From Acidimicrobiales bacterium (GTDB taxonomy: Bacteria; Actinomycetota; Acidimicrobiia; Acidimicrobiales; Aldehydirespiratoraceae): a stretch of DNA of 64,000 nt. The translations under genes were made by a program, and so were the position numbers. The notes under the pieces are model-generated. The model was given only the letters and a program-made list of their open reading frames with translations. It was not told the origin of the DNA and searched no databases. Shown piece after piece: positions 1 through 9,278 of this stretch. The stretch's first letter is position 1, and each line of letters starts with the position of its first letter. Location of the stretch: assembly GCA_029247365.1 (NCBI GenBank), contig JAQWLJ010000017.1, positions 499 through 64,498 of the forward strand. Direction: 5' to 3'.

Positions 1-115
1 TCTGCCCCGTCGTCGCCTTTCCCCCTCAGTCCTGCGGCGGCAAAGGGACTCGGCTCATGATGCTCGCTGGGCCGGCTCGCTTCGCTGGGTTGGGGCAGCA
101 CTCCTCACAGTCGGA

Positions 116-1090
116 ATGCTCGCCGGCTGCAGATCGCCCGATACGCCCGAGCTCGAGGCCCACCAGGAATTCGATGAAGCCCTCAATGCTGCGGTCGACT
201 CCAACCCCGAACCCGCCAAGCCGACAGCAGCGCCCCAACCCGACGAGCCGGAGGCGGAGCATGGCTTGGTGCTTCGTGCCGGGGTTGGTGAGATCGTCGT
301 TGATCGAGTCGTCGACGGTGTCGTCGTTGAGCGACGGGCACTGATCGTGGTCCCACAAGACAGCCACACTGGCGGGGATCCGGAAAGCGCTGCGGCAACG
401 CTTCATCTGCTGGTGGCTTTGCACGGCAACGGTGGCCGACCCGAGGGCATGCTCCGCGACTTCCAGCCCTTTATTGACCAGGGCCGTTTCATCGCCCTTA
501 TCCCCGAGGGCCTCGAGCGCAGCTGGAACCTCGGCCGCTAAGCCTCCACTGCCGATGATGTTGCCTTCGTTGAACTCCTGCTCGATCAGCTCGACGGGGC
601 CCGCACCGACGTCGGCGGCCTGGATCTAGCCCGGGTCTACGCCTTCGGCTACTCCAACGGCGCTGGCCTGGTCAACCAACTCATCGCCCATACCGACCGG
701 TTTCGCGCCGTTGCTGCCGCGGCCAGCGGCCTCTCCTACGACCTGCTCCCCACCGAACCGGTCGGGCCGGTATCCTTCTTCAGTCTGCACGGCACGAACG
801 ATTCCGTCGTGCCCTACAACGGCGGCGGCGGGGTCGCGGGCCACGACTTCCTCCCTGTCGAAGACAGCGCCACCCTGTGGGCCGACCGGTTCGGCTGCCC
901 CGCCACGTCCGACGCCTCCCGCACCGCTGACGGCAACATCCGACTCGAATGGGCCCCCTGCGACAACGGTCATCGAGTCATGCACTACGGCGTTGTGGGC
1001 GCCGATCACGGCCTCCCACCCACCATCGAAGGCGGCCTACTCGACCTCGTGATCGGCTTCTTCGAGACCGCTGGCGAGCTCGCCAGCTGA
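116..1090 (+). pseudogene. PHB-depolymerase-family esterase (LpqC/COG3509-like lipoprotein) interrupted by a single in-frame TAA
   Basis: ORFs 116..541 and 809..1090 share one frame. Reading through TAA at 539..541 gives a continuous esterase-like sequence: ...LVALHGNGG...SWNLGR*ASTADDVAFVELLLDQL...RVYAFGYSNGAGL...LHGTNDSVVPY...GADHGLP. Upstream in-frame residues AALLTVGMLAGC look like a lipobox. No canonical start lies upstream of 116 inside the window. Confidence 0.7.
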
Positions 1091-1145
1091 GCGTTCGAAC
1101 TGGGCAGTGAACCTGGTGTTTGCACTGACCCGTGTTGCGGTGGGG

Positions 1146-2357
1146 CTACGACAGGCGTACGTGCATGTGTTCGACCCCGCGAAGTGTGAAACGGCGACGC
1201 CATGACGGCTCGCCCACGATCTCCCAGGTGTCGTAGCGATCGAGCATGCGGCCAAGGAGTGCTTGTCCCTCGAGGCGCGCCAGCGATGCGCCGAGGCAAT
1301 AGTGGATGCCCGACCCAAACGAAAGAACCTGGGTGTCGGTGCGGGTGACATCGAACCTGTCCGGGTGGTCAACGAGGTCGGGGTCGCGGTTGACAGCGCC
1401 GATCAGGGTCATCGTTCCCGACCCGGCCGGGATGGTAATTCCGCCGATCTCGATGTCTTCGAAGACATAGCGCCCGTCCATCTGCACAGGTGGATCGAAC
1501 CGCAGCACCTCTTCGACTGCCTGCGGAATCAACGACCGGTCCTTGCGCAGTAACTCGTGCTGGTCCGGGTGAGCAACGAACTGCCGGACTGTGTTGCCGA
1601 GCAAATGGGTCGTAGTCTCGAATCCGGCCGCATAGATCAGCAGCGTGTTGACGATGATCTCTTCTTCGGCGAGTTTGTCCTCGCCGTCTTTGGCCTGGAT
1701 CATCCCGCTGAGCAGGTCGTCTTGCGGATCGGCTCGGCGCTTTGCGATGAGGTCGACCACGTAGCTGGTGATCTCTTCACCAGCAGTGTCGGCAGCCGCA
1801 ATCTCGTCTTCGCTCGCAGTTGGTTCGACACCGACGCCGAGGTCGTAGATCAGTGGCCGCAGATACTCGCGATCTGCCTCGGGAACCCCGACGAGGGCGC
1901 TGATGACGTTCGCAGGCAACGGGAACGCCACCTTGTCGACGAAGTCGCCGTCGCCACCCAGGTCGTCGAGCAAGGCGTCACACATCGCCTCGACTTCGGG
2001 TCGCATCTGCTCAACCCGGCGCGGCGTGAACGAACGGGCGACCAGACCTCGGACCCTCGTGTGGTCGGGCGGGTTGAGAAACAGCATCGAGAGGGTGCCC
2101 GCACGAGCCCGACGCGAACTGCCGTCGATCGCCGTGCGCTCGTCGCCCCCGAGGGCTGCGCCGCTGCCGCAACGCGGGTCGCGCAGCATCGCCTTGGCGT
2201 GCTCGTAGCGGTTGACGACCCACGTCCCCGTCACCGACGTTTGAAAGATGGGCGTGTGGTTGCGCAGCTCGTTGTAGAGCGGGTACGGATCGGGGATGCA
2301 CTCGGGGTCGGTGAGGACCCGGATCAGCGTCGCATCAGGGTCAAAGGTCTCAGTCAT
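1146..2357 (-). CDS. cytochrome P450
   Basis: ATG at 2357 (MTETFDPDAT...). Heme loop FGSGIHYCLGASLA (FxxGxxxCxG) and EEVLRFDPP are present. ATGA overlap with the upstream gene. The ORF-track extension to 2612 is Arg/Pro-rich and overlaps the neighbouring gene. Confidence 0.92.
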   Translation of the reverse strand: MTETFDPDATLIRVLTDPECIPDPYPLYNELRNHTPIFQTSVTGTWVVNRYEHAKAMLRDPRCGSGAALGGDERTAIDGSSRRARAGTLSMLFLNPPDHTRVRGLVARSFTPRRVEQMRPEVEAMCDALLDDLGGDGDFVDKVAFPLPANVISALVGVPEADREYLRPLIYDLGVGVEPTASEDEIAAADTAGEEITSYVVDLIAKRRADPQDDLLSGMIQAKDGEDKLAEEEIIVNTLLIYAAGFETTTHLLGNTVRQFVAHPDQHELLRKDRSLIPQAVEEVLRFDPPVQMDGRYVFEDIEIGGITIPAGSGTMTLIGAVNRDPDLVDHPDRFDVTRTDTQVLSFGSGIHYCLGASLARLEGQALLGRMLDRYDTWEIVGEPSWRRRFTLRGVEHMHVRLS

Positions 2358-2896
2358 ATGAAGGGGGTACCTGCCGTGACGCTTCGTTCGGCGTCCCAAC
2401 GATGGTGGATCAACTCGTGGAGGACAAACCGAGTCAGATCCCGGACTGTAAACCGCTGGCCCCGTCGGTCGGCGGACGTATCCCAGGCCTTCGCATCGAG
2501 ATCGATGAGCACGCCGACGAACGAACGAGCCATCGCGGCCATCTCTTCGGCGACGAGTACCGGGACCTGCTCGTTGTACGAATCGTTGACTGCGGACGCA
2601 TCGACATCCCACATCGTCAACGCCATGCCTGGCGTCTTCAGCGTGCCCCGCACCCGGTGCTCGAAGACACCGAGGAGGTCACGGACATGGCAGGCGTACT
2701 CGAGCACGCTCCAGGCATCGGCGCTCCGACGAGCCCGTACCCCATGCGGATCGGCCGCGGCCAACGTACGAGCGAAGGCGGCAACCGCGTCGGTAATCGC
2801 TCGGCCGAGGTCCTCGTGACCGACGGTCCCCACATCGCCGCCGCAGTCGGGGCACGGTTCGCGGAGACAGAGCGTCCAGTCGCCGGCCTCAGACAT
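2354..2896 (-). CDS. DinB-family (DinB_2 / mycothiol-dependent-enzyme-like) protein
   Basis: Starts MSEAGDWTLCLREPCPDCGG and ends with a His-rich C-terminus, FVLHELIHHRWD. Overlaps both neighbours (ATGTCTGA with psuG, ATGA with the P450). Confidence 0.6.
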   Translation of the reverse strand: MSEAGDWTLCLREPCPDCGGDVGTVGHEDLGRAITDAVAAFARTLAAADPHGVRARRSADAWSVLEYACHVRDLLGVFEHRVRGTLKTPGMALTMWDVDASAVNDSYNEQVPVLVAEEMAAMARSFVGVLIDLDAKAWDTSADRRGQRFTVRDLTRFVLHELIHHRWDAERSVTAGTPFI

Positions 2897-3806
2897 CGGC
2901 GACCGCCACGGCGATCTCGGCAGCGACGCGAGCGTTGCTCTCGGCGAGGGCCAGGTTGGCCGGCACGCTGTCACCCTCTGTCGCCGCTGCGATCGCGCCG
3001 AGCACGGCTGGCGTAACGCCAGGACCGCGCGCACCCTGGCGTTCCGCGTCGGCGAGCGCGTCGGCGATCGCAGCATCAATGCGCACAGCGTCGAGTTCGT
3101 CGGCCTCGGGTAGCGGATTCGCGACCAGCACACCTCCAGGGTGGCCGAGTTCGCGATTCGCCGCGAGTATCGACGCAACCTCCGCACCGGTCTGGACGGT
3201 CATCGTGACCGGGTGTCCGGAATCGCGGGTGTAGAAGGCCGGGAAGCGATCGGTGTTCCAACCGACGACGGGCACCCCGAGCGTCTCGAACTCCTCGAGG
3301 GTGCGCCCGAGGTCGAGGAACGCCTTCGCACCGGCTGACACGGTGACAACCCGATGTCTGGCGATTGCGAGAAGGTCGTGGGAGATATCGCCGGTCTGCG
3401 CCACATCGCGATGGACACCACCGATGCCCCCGGTCGCAAAAACCGCCACACCTGCACGCGCGGCCAACGTCACTGACGCCGACACGGTGGTGACACCGAT
3501 GTCAAGGCCCGTTGCATGGGCGTGGCCGAGATCGCGAGCGGCGATCTTGGTCGTTCCCGCAAGAACCCGCTCGGTCTCGTTCCCCGATGCGACGCCAACG
3601 ACGCTGACCCCGTCGATCACGGCAGTCATCGCCGGCACGGCGCCCGCAGCCCGGATCGCCGCCTCGCAGCGAGCGAGCGCCTCGCGGTTTGCCGGATCAG
3701 GCAGTCCGAAGGCGCTGTAGATCGTCGACTCCATCGCGACGACCGGCGTTTGCGCCTCGATCGCTGCCGCGATCTCGTCGCCGAGTCGGAAGACGTTGGT
3801 TCTCAT
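2889..3806 (-). CDS. psuG: pseudouridine-5'-phosphate glycosidase
   Basis: MRTNVFRLGDEIAAAIEAQTPVVAMESTIYSAFGLPDP...VFATGGIGGVHR...GVPVVGW matches the IndA/PsuG family end to end. ATG at 3806. Confidence 0.88.
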   Translation of the reverse strand: MRTNVFRLGDEIAAAIEAQTPVVAMESTIYSAFGLPDPANREALARCEAAIRAAGAVPAMTAVIDGVSVVGVASGNETERVLAGTTKIAARDLGHAHATGLDIGVTTVSASVTLAARAGVAVFATGGIGGVHRDVAQTGDISHDLLAIARHRVVTVSAGAKAFLDLGRTLEEFETLGVPVVGWNTDRFPAFYTRDSGHPVTMTVQTGAEVASILAANRELGHPGGVLVANPLPEADELDAVRIDAAIADALADAERQGARGPGVTPAVLGAIAAATEGDSVPANLALAESNARVAAEIAVAVADV

Positions 3807-3855
3807 CGGTCGGAGGCTACGACCCCGAGGTAGCTGACGGTGCACCTGACCCGCT

Positions 3856-5595
3856 ATGCATATCGACGTGATCGACGCACTGACCCAGACCTGGAACGCC
3901 CTGACCGCCGCCGGTGGCCCGTTCGCCCACTCCGAGACCGAGGTCCGGGGTATGACAATGAAGACCTTCGACGCGGCGCCACCCAACCTCCGCCTGGTCT
4001 GGGAAATGTCCGCCGCCCACGGCGACAAGCCATACCTCGTCTACGAAGACGAGACCTACACGTTTGCCGAAGCCCATGCCATCGTGCGCTCCCTGGCCGC
4101 TTACCTAAAGGATCACGGTGTCGGCGAGGGCGACCGAGTCGCTATCGCAATGCGCAACTATCCGGAGTGGGTCTTCTCGTACTGGGCCGTCGTCGCCCTC
4201 GGCGGCGCAGCTGTCGGCATCAACGCGTGGTGGACGAGCAGCGAGCTCGAGTACGGCCTCACCGACTCCCGTCCGAAGGTCGTTATCGCTGACGACGAGC
4301 GGCTCGAGCGCCTGCTTCCGGTGCTCGACGGTCTCCGCAAGGGCGGCGACATGCACGTCGTTTCGGTGCGCTCCAACCGCGAGCTTCCCTCCGACGCCGT
4401 CCGCTGGGCCGATGTGATCGACCCAGCCGTCGCACCCGACACGCTGCCCGACGCCGAGATCCACCCCGACGACGACATGTGTATCTTCTACACGTCGGGC
4501 ACCACCGGATTCCCGAAGGGTGCCCAGCTCACCCACCGCGGGTCGGTCCACAACGTCTTGCACCTGGCGTTCGCCAACACCGTCGCATCGATGGCGGCGG
4601 CAAGCGTCGCCGCAGCCGCCGGCGAGGCGCCGGCGGAGCCCGACGCCGACGCCCCCGCGCCCTCGCTGCTGGCTGCCACCCCCCTCTTTCATGTCACTGC
4701 CAACAACTGTGTGCTCCACGGCGCCACCGCGGCCGGGGCAAAAATGATTCTCATGTACAAGTGGGATACCGCTCGGGCGATCGAGCTCATCGAACGCGAG
4801 AAGGCCACCGGCTTCACCGGCGTTCCCACCATGAGCCGCGAGATGCTCATGCATCCCGACTGGGAGACTCGCGACACCAGCTCCCTCGACTCGATGGGTG
4901 GCGGCGGCGCAGCCCTGCAGCCCGACCTCGTCGAGAAGATCGCCACCGCGAAGGACGCAGGTGTGCAGCCCTCGACCGGCTACGGACTCACCGAGACCCA
5001 TGGCATCGTCACCGCCGTTGGCAGTATCTTCTTCCGCGCCAAGCCAGCATCGGCTGGGCGCATCATGCCGACCTTCGACTACAAGGTTGTCGACGACGAA
5101 GGCAACGAGGTTGCTAACGGCGAGCGCGGGGAACTCTGCGTCAAGGGCCCGGCTGTCGTGAAGGGCTACCTCAATCGCGAAGAAGCAACTGCCGAGGCCA
5201 TTGTCGACGGCTATTTCCACACCGGCGACATCGTCTACATCGATGACGATGACTTCGTCTTCATTGTCGATCGCGCCAAGGACATGGTCCTTCGCGGCGG
5301 CGAGAACGTGTATTGCGCCGAAGTCGAAGCTGCGATCTACCAACATCCCGATATCGCCGAAGCCGCCGTGTTCGGTGTGCCTGATGACCGCCTGGGCGAA
5401 GCCGTCGGCGTCGCCCTCCACCTCAAGGATGGCGCCACCCTCGACCAGAACGGCCTCGCCGAGTTCCTCGCACCGATGATGGCGAAGTACAAGGTTCCCG
5501 AACACGTCTGGTTCATGGCTGATCCCCTCCCTCAAAACGCGAACGGCAAGTTCCTCAAGCGCGAGCTCCGCGACACCCTCACCGCTGGCGGCTGA
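3856..5595 (+). CDS. AMP-dependent acyl-CoA synthetase/ligase
   Basis: AMP-binding motif YTSGTTGFPKGAQLTHRG, plus GYGLTETHG and a C-terminal NANGKFLKRELR. Confidence 0.9.
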   Translation: MHIDVIDALTQTWNALTAAGGPFAHSETEVRGMTMKTFDAAPPNLRLVWEMSAAHGDKPYLVYEDETYTFAEAHAIVRSLAAYLKDHGVGEGDRVAIAMRNYPEWVFSYWAVVALGGAAVGINAWWTSSELEYGLTDSRPKVVIADDERLERLLPVLDGLRKGGDMHVVSVRSNRELPSDAVRWADVIDPAVAPDTLPDAEIHPDDDMCIFYTSGTTGFPKGAQLTHRGSVHNVLHLAFANTVASMAAASVAAAAGEAPAEPDADAPAPSLLAATPLFHVTANNCVLHGATAAGAKMILMYKWDTARAIELIEREKATGFTGVPTMSREMLMHPDWETRDTSSLDSMGGGGAALQPDLVEKIATAKDAGVQPSTGYGLTETHGIVTAVGSIFFRAKPASAGRIMPTFDYKVVDDEGNEVANGERGELCVKGPAVVKGYLNREEATAEAIVDGYFHTGDIVYIDDDDFVFIVDRAKDMVLRGGENVYCAEVEAAIYQHPDIAEAAVFGVPDDRLGEAVGVALHLKDGATLDQNGLAEFLAPMMAKYKVPEHVWFMADPLPQNANGKFLKRELRDTLTAGG

Positions 5596-5679
5596 CCGGC
5601 ACCATCCAGCGTCAATCCCAGCCTGCCCGAGCCAGGCAGCGGTCAGCGCCCGCTTCATCGTTCGCAAAGTCCCGCGTTC

Positions 5680-5729
5680 CGCCACCGCCCTACCGGTCGG
5701 CCCTCTCGCCACCGCCCTACCGGTCGGCC
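5680..5729. repeat. 23-nt direct repeat with 27-nt period at the 3' end of the C-N hydrolase gene
   Basis: cgccaccgccctaccggtcggcc occurs at 5680..5702 and again at 5707..5729. The proximal copy contains the last codons and TAG stop of the minus-strand gene. Confidence 0.9.
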
Positions 5730-6481
5730 ATGAACCGGAAGTGATTGCGGACATCAGCGACATGGGCCGCGTCGATCGCAGCCCGCAACGTCGTCACCTC
5801 GCCCGCTGGCGCTTCCCCCACGAGCTCACCGAGCGGATCGATGATGCGGGAATCACCCGTGTAGTCGAGGCCATCACCGGACCCCACGCGGTTCACCCCC
5901 ACCACGTACGCCTGGTTCTCGATCGCACGAGCCCGCAACAGGGCCATCCAGTGCTCACGCCGAACCCCCGGCCAGTTCGCCGGCACGAGATACAGATCGG
6001 TGTCGGCCGCTGCGTCCCAGAACAGATCAGCGAAACGCAGGTCGTAACAGATGAATGGCGTGATGCGGACACCGTTAACGTCAATCGACGCGACCGGCTC
6101 GCCCGCGGCGTAATGACGGGTCTCGCCGGCGAACGAGAACGGCTTCGTCTTGGAGTACCGATGGTCCTCGCCGTCCGGACCGGCGAGGACAAAGCGGTTC
6201 GTCGGCCGGTCGTAGCCGTCGGTGTGTTCCGGAACCGAGCCTGCGATCCAACACCCCGTCTCGGCTGCCATCTCGTGCATGAACGACGCGGTCGGCCCGT
6301 CGGGCGATTCAGCCACGACGGCGGTGTTCATCGAAAAGCCGCACGACCACATTTCGGTCAGCGAGATGAGCTCGGCGCCTGCGTCGGCCGCGTCGAGAAT
6401 GAGCGGTCGTACTAGCGCCATCGTCTCAGCGGGCGTTTCCCACACGATGTCGTGCTGAATCGCTGCGAGCTCGATCGTCAT
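5717..6481 (-). CDS. carbon-nitrogen hydrolase family protein (omega-amidase/YafV-like)
   Basis: MTIELAAIQHDIVWE...LISLTEMWSCGF...ITPFICYDLRFADLF (C-N hydrolase E-K-C context). ATGA overlap with the upstream aminotransferase. Confidence 0.85.
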   Translation of the reverse strand: MTIELAAIQHDIVWETPAETMALVRPLILDAADAGAELISLTEMWSCGFSMNTAVVAESPDGPTASFMHEMAAETGCWIAGSVPEHTDGYDRPTNRFVLAGPDGEDHRYSKTKPFSFAGETRHYAAGEPVASIDVNGVRITPFICYDLRFADLFWDAAADTDLYLVPANWPGVRREHWMALLRARAIENQAYVVGVNRVGSGDGLDYTGDSRIIDPLGELVGEAPAGEVTTLRAAIDAAHVADVRNHFRFMADR

Positions 6482-7638
6482 GCCAATCCCGCCTTGAGCC
6501 GACTGACAGCCTCGTCGAGGACCTCATCCCTTTTGCAGAACGCGAAGCGGATGATCGGAGCGCCGACGTCCTTGTCGTCGTAGAAGACCATCGTCGGGAC
6601 CGCGACGACACCGGCGCGTTCGGGCAACGCCAGGCAAAAGTCGATGCCGTTCGAGTTCTCGATCGCGCGGATATCGCAGCTTGCGAAGTAGGTGCCCTGC
6701 GGAACCAGAACGTCGAGGCCTGTCTCCGCGAGTCCCGAACAGAGCCGATCGCGTTTGGCCTGCATCTCGGCCGTGTAGCCGTCGAAGAAGTCGTCGCCTA
6801 GCCGGAGGCCGACCGCGACAGCGTGCTGAAACGGAGCGCCACTCACAAACGTAAGGAACTGCTTTGCCGTTCGAACAGCCGCCACCAGCTCGGCCGGCCC
6901 GCACGCCCATCCGACCTTCCAGCCCGTGAACGAGAAGATCTTGCCCGCCGACGACACGGTCAGTGTCCGTTCAGCCATGCCGGGCAGGGTGGCCAGCGCA
7001 ATGTGCTCGCCGTCAAAGACGAGATGTTCGTAGACCTCGTCGGTTACGGCGAGAACGCCGTGCTCGCAGCACAGCTCGGCGATCAGCGTCATCTCGTCAC
7101 GGGAAAAGACCTTGCCCGTCGGGTTGTGTGGTGTGTTGAGCAGCAGCACTTTTGTCGAAGGGGTAAACGCAGCCCGCAGCTCGTCGGGGTCGAACGACCA
7201 GTCCGGCGCCCGAAGCGTGACAACCCGGCGAGTGGCACCGCTGAGCGCGATGCCGGCGGCATAGGAGTCGTAGTAGGGCTCAAAGGTCACGACCTCGTCA
7301 CCCGGGCCGGTCAGGGCGAGCATCGCAGCGGCGAGCGCCTCGGTTGCTCCGGCGGTGATCAACACCTCGCCATCGGGATCAAAGTCCTGGCCCCGGAAGC
7401 GTCGACGGTGCTCGGAGACAGCCTCGCGAAGTGGAGCGATGCCCGGCAACGGTGGGTACTGGTTGTGTCCGTCGGTGATCGCTCGACGTGCAGCCTCCGC
7501 AACCTCCGCAGGCCCGTCAGTGTCGGGAAATCCCTGACCTAGATTGACGGAGTTTGTCTCGACGGCCAGCGCCGACATCTGCGCAAAGATCGTGGTGCCG
7601 AAGCCCTGCAGCCGTTCGGTCAAGAAGGGATTGCTCAC
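6478..7638 (-). CDS. class I/II pyridoxal-phosphate aminotransferase (YbdL / glutamine-transaminase-like)
   Basis: NLGQGFPDTDGP, LLLNTPHNPTGKVF and SSAGKIFSFTGWKVGW (PLP-lysine region). Confidence 0.88.
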   Translation of the reverse strand: MSNPFLTERLQGFGTTIFAQMSALAVETNSVNLGQGFPDTDGPAEVAEAARRAITDGHNQYPPLPGIAPLREAVSEHRRRFRGQDFDPDGEVLITAGATEALAAAMLALTGPGDEVVTFEPYYDSYAAGIALSGATRRVVTLRAPDWSFDPDELRAAFTPSTKVLLLNTPHNPTGKVFSRDEMTLIAELCCEHGVLAVTDEVYEHLVFDGEHIALATLPGMAERTLTVSSAGKIFSFTGWKVGWACGPAELVAAVRTAKQFLTFVSGAPFQHAVAVGLRLGDDFFDGYTAEMQAKRDRLCSGLAETGLDVLVPQGTYFASCDIRAIENSNGIDFCLALPERAGVVAVPTMVFYDDKDVGAPIIRFAFCKRDEVLDEAVSRLKAGLA

Positions 7639-7801
7639 GACAGCGATCCTACGGTGTCCGGCAAGGCGGGTCGCTCTTCACACATTCCTCACGACTTCCT
7701 CATGGCTTCGACCGATTCCACTCACGATCGTCTTACCGAGGGGTGCCAGTGTGTTCAACCGAGAGGCAACACCAACCCCCATCCCCCTCAGGAGAATCCC
7801 A

Positions 7802-8395
7802 ATGAAGAAGTCACTTGCCGCCGCCGCCATCGCCGCCACCACCCTCGGCGGTGCCGCAGCCGGCGCCACCCTGTTCACGCCGGTGATTGCCGGTGCCCAA
7901 GACAGCGCTGACACCGGGGCCGAGGCACCCGAGTCGAGCCGTGTGTCCGATGCCCTCCAGGGGCTGGTCGACGACGGGACGATCGATGAGAGCCAGCGCG
8001 ACGCCGTCGTGGCTGCCTTGCAGGAGGCCCGCGCCGAGCGCAGCGGTCACCGCGGTCACGGCCAGCGCGGCACCGGTGTAATCGCCGAGACCCTCGGCCT
8101 CGAACCCACCGAGCTCCGCGCGGCACTTCAGAGCGGTCAGTCATTGGCAGACATTGCCGCCGACCAAGGCATCAGCATCGACGATCTCGTCGACGCGATC
8201 GTCGACCAGGTTGAGGAGCGCGTGGACGGTGCCCTCGAGAGTGGTCGCATTGACGAAGAGAAGGCGGCCGAGATCCTCGCCGACGCAGAAGCGCGCGCCG
8301 AGGCGATCGTCAGCGGCGAGTTCGAGCCCGGCAAGCGGGGCGCTGGCCGCCGCGGTCCCGGAGGGGCGCCCGATAGCAACGACGCTGGCGCCTGA
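7802..8395 (+). CDS. secreted alpha-helical repeat protein (hypothetical)
   Basis: ATG at 7802 is preceded by AGGAG. Signal peptide MKKSLAAAAIAATTLGGAAAGATLFTPVIAGAQ. Internal duplication DDGTIDESQRDAVVAALQEARAE / ESGRIDEEKAAEILADAEARAE. Confidence 0.7.
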   Translation: MKKSLAAAAIAATTLGGAAAGATLFTPVIAGAQDSADTGAEAPESSRVSDALQGLVDDGTIDESQRDAVVAALQEARAERSGHRGHGQRGTGVIAETLGLEPTELRAALQSGQSLADIAADQGISIDDLVDAIVDQVEERVDGALESGRIDEEKAAEILADAEARAEAIVSGEFEPGKRGAGRRGPGGAPDSNDAGA

Positions 8396-8459
8396 CTCTG
8401 AGGAGTCCCTTCCGAGACCGGGCGGCATCCCGCCACCCTCCCCTAGTTCGTTCGGTCTC

Positions 8460-8499
8460 CTGATCCCCGGCCCCCTGGGTCGGGGATCAGTCGTTTTGG
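8460..8499 (+). terminator. intrinsic terminator candidate
   Basis: ctgatccccg (8460..8469) pairs perfectly with cggggatcag (8481..8490), and the inner bases extend the stem around a 3-nt loop. The hairpin is followed by tcgttttgg. Confidence 0.7.
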
Positions 8500-8564
8500 C
8501 GACAGGATGCGAGAAGCCTGCGGGCGCCCCCCCGAGCCGACTCGTGCCAACGACGACACGGGGA

Positions 8565-9146
8565 TCAGTCGAGACTGAACGGCGGATACTGGTCGGTCAG
8601 CAGCGTCACGTAGGCCTCGAAGCGGGTGCCGTAGCGGTAAGCACCGGTCGCAAAGTTGAGCAGCCCACCTGGCCAACGACCGGTGAACACAACGGCAAAG
8701 AAGGCGATGATCCACACGACTGAGGCTGCAATGTAGAGCACATAGAAAAAGATCATCGCCGGAATCACCCAGATGAACCGGAGCAGAACCGTGAGCCGGT
8801 TGCGTCCCTCCAGAGCCGACTCGAACGAAACTGCGACTGGATGGTCGCCAGGGTCGACGTCGCTGGTCGAGAAGCTGAACGGCGGGTACGTGCTGTGGAG
8901 GAAGCCCGCGTAGGCGATGACCCGGGTGTTGTAGCGGTGGTACGCCACAATGATGCCGCGCAGGCCGTCGGGCAGTTTGCCGGTGATCACGATCACAAGC
9001 CAGGCCATGAGCCAGACGACCTGCACCACGATGGCGAAGATGAACAACACGACCTGGTGTGGGATCACAAGGATCCACTGGATGAGCGGCCGCCAATTCG
9101 CAATGCGTGGAGGCGCATCAAGCGTGAACGTTGCCGGGTAGGCCAT
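8565..9146 (-). CDS. DUF4389 domain-containing membrane protein
   Basis: Two repeats of the DUF4389 pattern: ITGKLPDGLRGIIVAYHRYNTRVIAYAGFLHSTYPPF and FTGRWPGGLLNFATGAYRYGTRFEAYVTLLTDQYPPF. Confidence 0.8.
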   Translation of the reverse strand: MAYPATFTLDAPPRIANWRPLIQWILVIPHQVVLFIFAIVVQVVWLMAWLVIVITGKLPDGLRGIIVAYHRYNTRVIAYAGFLHSTYPPFSFSTSDVDPGDHPVAVSFESALEGRNRLTVLLRFIWVIPAMIFFYVLYIAASVVWIIAFFAVVFTGRWPGGLLNFATGAYRYGTRFEAYVTLLTDQYPPFSLD

Positions 9147-9278
9147 CAGCAGTTTCCCTTCTTCGAAGCGCGTGACACTACCACTCAGTCCTCGGCGAGG
9201 CTGGTGAGCGCCTGATCTCGCGCTGCACGGCCGCGCGACAGACCACCAGCCTCAGTTAGGGGCGATGGTCGACCATGA

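Noticed and set aside
539-541. Programmed read-through or selenocysteine at the in-frame stop of the esterase
   Set aside because: The codon is TAA, not TGA. I saw no SECIS-like hairpin and there is no catalytic reason for Sec at this position. Nonsense mutation or base-call error is the simpler explanation.
1557-2819. Long antisense or out-of-frame ORFs in the track (for example 1557..2819+, 4105..5763-, 12266..13729-, 27148..28149-, 37792..38829-, 53111..54391-, 55567..56373-, and the 5' parts of 31581..33119- and 60613..62127-)
   Set aside because: All overlap genes with clear family signatures on the other strand or in another frame. Their translations are Arg/Pro/Gly/Ser-rich, which is typical of shadow ORFs in high-GC genomes.
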